The notes below the pieces were generated by a model. The model was not told the origin of the DNA, did no database searches, and was given only the letters and a program-made list of their open reading frames with translations. From contig MUCP01000017.1 in NCBI GenBank assembly GCA_002816875.1, positions 3,030-67,029 on the forward strand: DNA of 64,000 bases, read 5' to 3'. Position 1 is the first letter of the stretch. Every line of letters begins with the position of its first letter. This document shows, one piece after another, positions 56,857 to 64,000 of this stretch. The position numbers and the translations under genes are program-made. Origin of the DNA: SAR202 cluster bacterium Io17-Chloro-G2 (GTDB lineage Bacteria; Chloroflexota; Dehalococcoidia; Lucifugimonadales; UBA3495).

Positions 56857-57006
56857 GTCATTTACCTCTCATTTGTATGTGGGGCATGCGAGACCTTTTT
56901 GGATAAGCAAGGGTAATCCTAGAGTCTCACCAAACAGGTGTCAATGGGATGGGATTGAGGCCGATTCGCCGGGCGTCCGGCTGACCACGAACAAGACCAA
57001 CAACAA

Positions 57007-57114
57007 CCGCTGGTCCTGAGCTTGTCGAAGGATAGTCCACGTTCGGTAGAGGTCGCTAACATTTGAAGTTCACTCAGGCCCCGGACCGTGGTTCGACAAG
57101 CTCACCATGAGCGG
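57007..57114. repeat. REPIN-like inverted pair (TTCGACAAGCTC family)
   Basis: CCGCTGGTCCTGAGCTTGTCGAAGG ... GGTTCGACAAGCTCACCATGAGCGG. Confidence 0.85.
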
Positions 57115-57174
57115 TGTTGGTTCAAGCGGCCTGAGTGATCGAGTGACTCCGTTTCCATGGGGTGGAACGATAAC

Positions 57175-58773
57175 CTACTCCAACACCGCTCTCCCTTCGC
57201 CTTTGATGTAGTCGGCGGTGCGCAGGGCCAGCGCTTGGATGGTGGTGGTTGGGTTGACACAGGCTCCGGTCACGAAGATGCTGCCGTCGATGATGAACAG
57301 GTTGGGCACATCATGGGCGCGCCCCCAGCGGTCCACCACCGATTTTGCCGGGTCGTCGCCCATGCGGGCGGTGCCCAGCAGGTGCCAGCCCGCGTTTCGG
57401 CGCAGGTGGGAAGAAAGCACTCGCTTCGCTCCGGCGGCCTCCAGGACCTCGGTGCCCCGATCCACCGCATGATCCAGCATCCGGTTGGTGTTGTCGCTGA
57501 CAGTGTAATTGATCTTGGGGGCAGGGATGCCGTTGCTGTCAGTCAGCTCTGGGTCCAGGGTGACCCGGTTGTGCTCTTCGGGCAGGTCTTCGGTCATGAT
57601 GGTGAGCCCCACCGCCCGGCCGAACCGCTCCTTGAATTCCTGGTGGTGGCCCGATCCCCAGGGCACACGCAACCCCAGCAAGCCCCCTAGGGCAGTGCCC
57701 AGGGGAGCTTCCGCGGCGCCCAAAACTTGCAGGTCGTATCCCCGCACAAAGTCGTTGTTTGGGTTTGTCTCGTAAAACTCCTGGCTCAGCATGGTGCTGC
57801 CCCGGGGATTTCCCGCCTCGGTGCCCAACCATTCGTCGAATACGCCGACCACGACCCCGCAGGGATGGTGCATCAGGTTTTTGCCCACCAGTCCGCTGCT
57901 GTTCGCCAGCCCATCGGGAAACTGGGAAGAGGTGGAGTTGAGCAAGAGCCGGGCTGTTCCCACGCCGTTGCAGGCCAGCACCACCACCTTGGCCCGCTGC
58001 TCTCTGAGCTGTCCCTGGTTGTCATAATATAGAGCGCCGGTGGCATTTCCGGCGGCGTCGATAATAACTTCCCTCACCCTGGCGTGGGTCTTCAATTTGG
58101 CGCCCATGGTCAGTGCCTTGGGCCAATAGTTCAGATCGGCGCTCGCCATGGAGCGCAGGAACCCGCCGGTGTCCGGCGGGCGGCCATCGAAGGGCACCGA
58201 GGATATGGCAGTGTCCGAAGCCCACCAATGCCAGCCGAGTTTGTCGAACCCTTTGGCCATGGCTTGGCCGGCGGGGCGGATGGACAACGGAGGGCAGGGA
58301 CGGTCGGTCTTGGGCGGATAGGCCGGGTCTCCCTTAAGTCCCGATACGCCGATCATGCGGTCGTTGAGGTCGTAGTAGGGCTCCAATTCCTCGTAGGTCA
58401 ATGGCCAGTCGTCGGCCACATTATCGAGGGTCTTGACCCGGAAATCCGACGGGTGAAAGCGGGGGAAATGGGAACCCCAGTGGATCAGGCTGCCGCCAAC
58501 GGCGTTGTACATCAGCGGGGCGATGGGGGTATCTTTGCCGTTGACCGGGTAATCTTCGGGCAGCCGCCGGACGCTGGGGTCGGGGTGGAAGTCGGTCTGC
58601 AAGTGCAGTTGGGCGTCTGGCTCGCTGATTGGGAAGAGGTTGGCAGGCGCCCATCCGCCTTGTTCCAAGCACACCACATTGATTCCCGCGTCGGCCAAGC
58701 TCCAGGCAAAAGCGCCTCCAGAGGCCCCGGCTCCTATCAGTAGCACATCGGCAACGTCGTTTTCATTCGGCAT
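57175..58773 (-). CDS. GMC-family FAD oxidoreductase
   Basis: IGAGASGG, VGGS..HW, ANSSGLVGKNLM.H, HLLGTARMG, NPTTTIQALALR. Confidence 0.9.
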   Translation of the reverse strand: MPNENDVADVLLIGAGASGGAFAWSLADAGINVVCLEQGGWAPANLFPISEPDAQLHLQTDFHPDPSVRRLPEDYPVNGKDTPIAPLMYNAVGGSLIHWGSHFPRFHPSDFRVKTLDNVADDWPLTYEELEPYYDLNDRMIGVSGLKGDPAYPPKTDRPCPPLSIRPAGQAMAKGFDKLGWHWWASDTAISSVPFDGRPPDTGGFLRSMASADLNYWPKALTMGAKLKTHARVREVIIDAAGNATGALYYDNQGQLREQRAKVVVLACNGVGTARLLLNSTSSQFPDGLANSSGLVGKNLMHHPCGVVVGVFDEWLGTEAGNPRGSTMLSQEFYETNPNNDFVRGYDLQVLGAAEAPLGTALGGLLGLRVPWGSGHHQEFKERFGRAVGLTIMTEDLPEEHNRVTLDPELTDSNGIPAPKINYTVSDNTNRMLDHAVDRGTEVLEAAGAKRVLSSHLRRNAGWHLLGTARMGDDPAKSVVDRWGRAHDVPNLFIIDGSIFVTGACVNPTTTIQALALRTADYIKGEGRAVLE

Positions 58774-58978
58774 ACTTGCTCCAAACCATCATTGTCATTC
58801 TCTGTCCCTAATAGCTAAGGGCGTGAATTTACTAAACGGCGCCGTTAAAGCAGTCTGTCGCTGCGGCTGGGTCAGAATGACACGAACGTTGGTACATGCC
58901 GGCTCAGCCCGACATACAGACCGCAGCAATGAGATCCCTGGGGCGAGGATGGTCCTCAGGTCAGGTCATGGCTGGGAC

Positions 58979-60175
58979 TTACTTTCGCTCGAAAACCGCC
59001 GCCACGCCCTGTCCGCCGCCTACGCACATGGTTTCTAGACCCCATTGGACGTCCCGGCGGTCCATCTCATATAGCAGGGTGGTCAAGATTCTAGCGCCGG
59101 TGGCGGCGATGGGATGACCCAGGGATATCCCTGAGCCGTTGACGTTTAACTTGTCTTCGTTGGGCAATTTCCACTCGCGAAGCACCGACAGCACCTGAGC
59201 CGCAAAAGCCTCGTTCAACTCGATCAGGTCCATGTCTTGTAGAGACATGTTGACCTTGCCCATGGCCTTGTTCACCGCCGCCACGGGGCCGATGCCCATG
59301 TAGGCGGGATGGCAGCCGGTCACCGCCCAACCTCTGAGATAACCCATCGCCGTGAGACCCAGTTCTTCCAGCTTGTCTTCGGCCACCACCATGACGACCG
59401 ACGCGGCGTCGTTTTGGCTGCTGGCGTTGCCGGCGGTCACGGTGCCGTCGCTCATTATCGGTCGAAGCCGGCCCAAAGCTTCCATCGAGCTATCGCCTCG
59501 GGGCCCTTCGTCTTTATCGAAGTTCACCGGATCACCTCTTCGCTGAGGGACGGGCACCGCAACTATCTGCGAGTCGAATTTACCCGATTCCGCCGCGGCC
59601 ACCGCCCGTTGATGGCTCCTCAGGGAATATTCGTCCTGCTCTTCCCGGGAAACCTCGTATTGCTTGGCCAGGTTTTCCGCCGTTCCAATCATTCCCTCAA
59701 TTACCCCGAAACGGTCTTCGGGGGCTATGGTTTCACGGGCACGGGCCAGCCGGTCGTGGAGGGTTACCGAACCGAACCGCGCGCCCCAGCGGGACTCGTT
59801 ACTATAGAATTCGGCGTTGCTCATGCTCTCCACGCCACCGGCAATGACCACGTCGGCGTTTTCCGTCTGGACCAGCATGGCGGCATTCAAGATGGCTTGC
59901 AGACCAGAGGAACACCGCCGGTCTAATTGATACCCAGGGACCTCGATAGGCAAGCCCGCTTTCAATGAAGCCAGGCGCCCCATGGCTGGATTTTCTCCAC
60001 TTGGATAGCCGTGGCCCAATATAACGTCGTCCACCAGGGCGGGGTCCAGGCCCGTGCGTTCCAACACCTCTTTTATGACCAGGCTGCCCAGGTCGGCGGC
60101 GGACACACTCTGCAAAGTGCCGCCGAAATTACCAACGGCGGTACGTACTGGTGAAACGATGGCTACTCCACGCAT
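58979..60175 (-). CDS. Acetyl-CoA C-acyltransferase (thiolase)
   Basis: RRCSSG, GGVESMS, NEAFA, GHPIAATG, CVGGGQG. Confidence 0.93.
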   Translation of the reverse strand: MRGVAIVSPVRTAVGNFGGTLQSVSAADLGSLVIKEVLERTGLDPALVDDVILGHGYPSGENPAMGRLASLKAGLPIEVPGYQLDRRCSSGLQAILNAAMLVQTENADVVIAGGVESMSNAEFYSNESRWGARFGSVTLHDRLARARETIAPEDRFGVIEGMIGTAENLAKQYEVSREEQDEYSLRSHQRAVAAAESGKFDSQIVAVPVPQRRGDPVNFDKDEGPRGDSSMEALGRLRPIMSDGTVTAGNASSQNDAASVVMVVAEDKLEELGLTAMGYLRGWAVTGCHPAYMGIGPVAAVNKAMGKVNMSLQDMDLIELNEAFAAQVLSVLREWKLPNEDKLNVNGSGISLGHPIAATGARILTTLLYEMDRRDVQWGLETMCVGGGQGVAAVFERK

Positions 60176-60409
60176 TGAAAGCTCCTCGGGCCCATAAACC
60201 AAAGGCGGCCCGTTCCCTTAGGATTTCGCTCTTGGGTCAACAGCGGTCATCATACCCTTTGAGCCCGAATGTGTCGATTGGGAGACGCCCTGGATATTAA
60301 AAAAAGTACGTGCTAGTTTCAAATGGACCCTGAAATTATTAAGGGTTCCCTCTGGGGATCACCTTCGGGTTTAGGCACGGGAACCGGTGATGGGAATGGG
60401 GAGTCGGGT

Positions 60410-62077
60410 ATGAGAATTCGGCGCGCTGCATTCGCGATTTTGGCCGCGGTGATGGCGGTCTTGGGCTTGGCGACCTACGTCTTGGCCGCCCCAGCCTTTC
60501 AGAGCGGACCTGGCGTCACCGTCACCCCCAGTGAGGTCTATACCGGCGATTCTATTGAGATCGCCATCGACGGCCTGCCACCTTCCTATTACATACAAGG
60601 TGGTTGGGTGACCCTGGCTGGGACGCGCCTTTCCGTTCCGGGGGTGCTTGGCGCCGCAGGCACTCAGCCCGTTACCAACGATTCTGGTGAAGTCAGCTTC
60701 AACACCAAGATCCCTCTGGAAGTGCCTTACGGCTCCCACGATCTGGTGGTGAGAAACTTGCCTGTGGGAGGAGACCGCACCGCCACCGTAACCGTGTTGG
60801 CCGCGGAGATCACCCTTTCCTCCACTTCTGCTTCCCCCAATGAGACCGTTACCCTGAGGGGGTTGGGTTTTAGCCCCTCCACCAGCCTCGGGGGTAACGG
60901 TCCATTGGGGGTCCATCAAATCACCGGCGAGGGCAAAAGCGGCATCACGATAAACGGCAAATTGCTTGAAGCCCCTTACGCCAGGTACCCCATCAATCTG
61001 GACAGCGATGGAGGACTCACCGCCAGCATCATCATTCCGGAGACCTACGTGAGCGCTCCCAACACCGGCCTACTGGTTAAAGTCATCGACGATGTCGAAC
61101 GGTCGGGCTGGGGCGCGTCAAGAATCAAATCACGCACCATCACCGTGGACCCCGCCGAAAGCGGCCGGGGCAGCGAACTTACGATCACCGGTTCAGGGTT
61201 CGCGGGGACCGCGAGGTTCAACAACCTTTGCACCGCTGTGGACATATCCTATGGCAGCAAGTTGATCAGGCAGGTGATTCCCGACGCCGTTGGGTCGTTC
61301 ACAACGGTGGCCAAGGTCCCCAACGACGTGGCCCTCTCATCAACGAACACCATCAACGTTACCACCCCAGCCTGCACCCTGGTGGCTGCTGCCACCGCCA
61401 CCCACAAAATACCGGCCAGGACCTTGAAGGTCTCGCCGGCCACCAGCACGCCCGGCGGCCGGGTGACCATCACCGGGGTCAGTTTCGTCGGATACGTTCC
61501 CATATCCCTTCTGACCATAGGCGGGATATCGGTCCTGCCTTCACCGGCGCCCTTCGTAGACGCGAATGGAAGTTTTTCCGTTGACGCCGGAGTGCCGGTG
61601 CTGGAAAAAGGTGTCCACACCGTCAAAGCAACGGCCGGTGGAGTCCAGACCACGGCTAGTCTGGTGGTAGTCACCTTGGCCCCCAGCGCGACAGCCACTC
61701 CCACGCCCGTCCCAATTCCCACCCCGACCCCAGCGGTCACCGCTACCCCAGCGCCGACACCCACACCGACATTGATACCTCTGGCGCCGGCCACGGCAAC
61801 ACCTGCGCCGGCGCCCACACCCACAGCCACACCAGCCCTCGGGCCTGAAACCCTGTTGGCTACCTTAAGTGATAATCTGGTGGTGGTTTGGTTTTATGAC
61901 CGCAGAGCCCGGTCTTGGCAATATTTCACTCCTAGCCCGGAATTCACTGGCCAAACCCAACTCACTACGTTGGTTACAGACCAACTCTATTGGGTCAGGG
62001 TGAAAGCGGACCAGTCGGTACAACTGAACGGGCGTCAACGAGACGTCGCAGCTGGGTGGACCTTGATCCACTGGTGA
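60410..62077 (+). CDS. Secreted Ig-like repeat protein with Pro/Thr linker
   Basis: Signal peptide; repeated (V/L)T(I/L).G.GF beta modules; ~55-aa PTPT linker; C-terminal aromatic domain ending TLIHW. Confidence 0.8.
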   Translation: MRIRRAAFAILAAVMAVLGLATYVLAAPAFQSGPGVTVTPSEVYTGDSIEIAIDGLPPSYYIQGGWVTLAGTRLSVPGVLGAAGTQPVTNDSGEVSFNTKIPLEVPYGSHDLVVRNLPVGGDRTATVTVLAAEITLSSTSASPNETVTLRGLGFSPSTSLGGNGPLGVHQITGEGKSGITINGKLLEAPYARYPINLDSDGGLTASIIIPETYVSAPNTGLLVKVIDDVERSGWGASRIKSRTITVDPAESGRGSELTITGSGFAGTARFNNLCTAVDISYGSKLIRQVIPDAVGSFTTVAKVPNDVALSSTNTINVTTPACTLVAAATATHKIPARTLKVSPATSTPGGRVTITGVSFVGYVPISLLTIGGISVLPSPAPFVDANGSFSVDAGVPVLEKGVHTVKATAGGVQTTASLVVVTLAPSATATPTPVPIPTPTPAVTATPAPTPTPTLIPLAPATATPAPAPTPTATPALGPETLLATLSDNLVVVWFYDRRARSWQYFTPSPEFTGQTQLTTLVTDQLYWVRVKADQSVQLNGRQRDVAAGWTLIHW

Positions 62078-62432
62078 TCGCGGTGCAGCCATTGCCGAGC
62101 ATTTCACCGCATCATAGATTAGGGGTCGCCTAATTCGATAAACAAGTTGGCTGGATCTTGCTTCGCGGCGGCAAACCCTTGGTCAAAATCAGGAATACTA
62201 CTCCAAGTAAGTACCACCCCGCGTTAACCAAACAGAAACTACGTCTTTGGGTCCCGGCTTTTGCCGGGACGACGCGCGGCACGCAATCCTCCCGGTATAC
62301 GTCGTGTTCAGATATGGCTTAGGACGCGGTTGCGCTACCCCTGGCTTGCAACACCCGGCCCGGGCCCCACAAGATAATGGGACGTTTGTTGGCCCGTATA
62401 ATGGGCGGGATGACGCTAGACGGGATAATGCC

Positions 62433-63167
62433 ATGAAAGCGATTTTTATCGCGATGTTGTTACCGCTTTTGGTCTTTGGTTGCAGAGCACCCAATGCTGG
62501 ATTTAGTGAGGCGGAAAAGCGTTACGACTCGGGTGTAGTCCTCGCTGCGCGGGGACAACTCGCCCAGGCCATAACTGAATACGACGCCGCCATCAACCTG
62601 GACCCTGAATTTGCCCTGGCCTACAACAATCGGGGCACTGCATATGGTGAGGTAGGCCGGCACGAAGACGCTTTTCAGGATTTAGCCGAAGCGATCCGCT
62701 TGGATCCACAGCTTGCCTCAGCCCGTTACAACCGGGGCAATATCTACAGGAACCTGGGCAAGGTTGACCTTGCGATTGTGGACTACGACGAGGCCATCCG
62801 CCTCGACCCGCAATTCGCATTCGCCTACGTCAACCGGGCAATCTCTTACGCCGGCTTGGGCCAGCATGCAAGAGCCATAGGGGATTTCGGCGAGGCGATC
62901 CGCCTCAATCCCCAGGACGCCGACGCCCACTCTAACCGAGGCATCTCCTACGCGGGTCTGAGCGCATATGAAAGGGCCATCGAGGATTTCGACAAGGCTA
63001 TCCGCCTTGATCCCCTATTCGTCAACGCCTATTCAAACCGCGCAATAGCTTACACATTTCTCGGCAAAGACGTGGAGGCCCAGCCGGATATTGAGACAGC
63101 GGTGAAACTGGGATTTGACCAAGTCGAACTGGATGTAATAATCGACGAAGTGAAGAACCGGCGGTAG
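62433..63167 (+). CDS. TPR-repeat lipoprotein
   Basis: Lipobox VFGC; about six repeats AY.NRG..Y..LG....AI.D...AIRLDP. Confidence 0.9.
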   Translation: MKAIFIAMLLPLLVFGCRAPNAGFSEAEKRYDSGVVLAARGQLAQAITEYDAAINLDPEFALAYNNRGTAYGEVGRHEDAFQDLAEAIRLDPQLASARYNRGNIYRNLGKVDLAIVDYDEAIRLDPQFAFAYVNRAISYAGLGQHARAIGDFGEAIRLNPQDADAHSNRGISYAGLSAYERAIEDFDKAIRLDPLFVNAYSNRAIAYTFLGKDVEAQPDIETAVKLGFDQVELDVIIDEVKNRR

Positions 63168-63333
63168 CCGCCGGGAAAAGAGGGTTCTTAACGGTCGTGA
63201 ATGTTCTGCCGGTGGGCTCTGTCCAAAGTGGGCTCTGTCCAAACCGGAGGGCTTAGACTAGAAAGGCTCTCGAAAAACACCAGCCAGCCTGCTCGCTCTA
63301 GGCGGTCGTGCTCATCGAAACAAATGTATTCCC

Positions 63334-64000
63334 CTAGTCTGAAAACATGCCGGCTTCTAACGATGGCAGGGCCTTTCGAATCTCATCTATGTGAACCCCG
63401 AAAAATGTCCCAACGACCCGTTGCCCGCCGGTGTTCAATCGGGCCAGGCGGACCATGCCGATAACCTCACCCGCCTGATTGAGAATAGGTCCGCCGCTGT
63501 CTCCCGGGTCCACCGGCGCATCGATCGCTAGATTAAGGCCATAGCTTTGCGGGCCGAAATTGGTGATCTGCGACAAAACCCCTACGTTTGCAGTTGCACC
63601 ACCGACCCCTCCGAAGCTTGTCACGCCAATAGTGCCCGAGTAACCGACGGCAAGGACGAAAGATGCAATATCCTCGGTACTAACGGACCCGGTTGGCAGG
63701 CCACTCTGCTGTACAGCGATATGCATATCTTCGAATCCCTCGGTGATCTCCAATAGCGCGATGTCCTTGGTCTTGTCCCAACCCAGGATCCGGGCGGTCA
63801 TGGGTGGTGCGTTTGCCTGGCGGACCACCACGGAAGTCTCTCCAGCCACCAGGTGCTGCACGGTCAGAATCAGGCCAGGCCCGGCCATCCAACCCGTCCC
63901 ACTGTTCGATTCGGTCTCAATCTTGAATACCGACGGCCAAACTTCGCTGTAGATATCCTTGAAACTGCTACCTGGCTGGCTTGACCGCGCTAGGACTGTC
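63334..64000 (-). CDS. Trypsin-like (S1C) serine protease, 5'-truncated by window edge
   Basis: LTVQHLV, DIALL, PGDSGGP catalytic triad; frame open to base 64000. Confidence 0.85.
   Translation of the reverse strand, partial: TVLARSSQPGSSFKDIYSEVWPSVFKIETESNSGTGWMAGPGLILTVQHLVAGETSVVVRQANAPPMTARILGWDKTKDIALLEITEGFEDMHIAVQQSGLPTGSVSTEDIASFVLAVGYSGTIGVTSFGGVGGATANVGVLSQITNFGPQSYGLNLAIDAPVDPGDSGGPILNQAGEVIGMVRLARLNTGGQRVVGTFFGVHIDEIRKALPSLEAGMFSD

Noticed and set aside
61685-61840. C/A-rich low-complexity repeats
   Set aside because: They encode the Pro/Thr linker of the surface protein
62160-62250. c-di-GMP-I riboswitch suggested by GGCAAACCC
   Set aside because: The GAAA tetraloop stem and downstream GACGCAAAGC element are absent

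Overview
A gene-dense, GC-rich (roughly 60% by eye) bacterial chromosomal window with no rRNA, tRNA, CRISPR array or intact transposase. The gene content (luciferase-like monooxygenase, three CaiB/BaiF CoA-transferases, several SDRs, NHL, GMC, VOC, DUF5671, Ig-like P/T-linker surface protein) suggests Chloroflexota, probably Dehalococcoidia/SAR202; this is inference, not a database result. Housekeeping loci are lhgO, maoC-plsX-fabG, a PyrR-attenuated pyrR-pyrB-pyrC-carA-(orf)-carB cluster, pyrF, sfsA, gdhA and ggt. Top candidate: two ORF-track fragments (53642-54028 and 53399-53620, minus strand) are in frame and join through a TGA into one 179-aa UGSC-type selenoprotein (GD-U-GSCSAC, resembling the GrdB/PrdB active site). 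A SECIS-like hairpin follows the TGA, and the gene ends a co-oriented run (NHL, 'DGLPVVPPT' protein, DUF1326) that may be an uncharacterised selenium-dependent reductase system. Second candidate: an orphan, lower-GC LanD/EpiD-like HFCD flavoprotein with a putative RRE-like N-terminal domain. Also seen: a probable ATC start for carB, a HicB pseudogene beside vapBC, a 15-bp triplication of the carB 3' end, a DUF1059 small gene missing from the ORF track, a GMC enzyme apparently lacking the Fe-S cysteine loop, and at least five REP-like palindrome families including a 239-bp tandem REPIN array.
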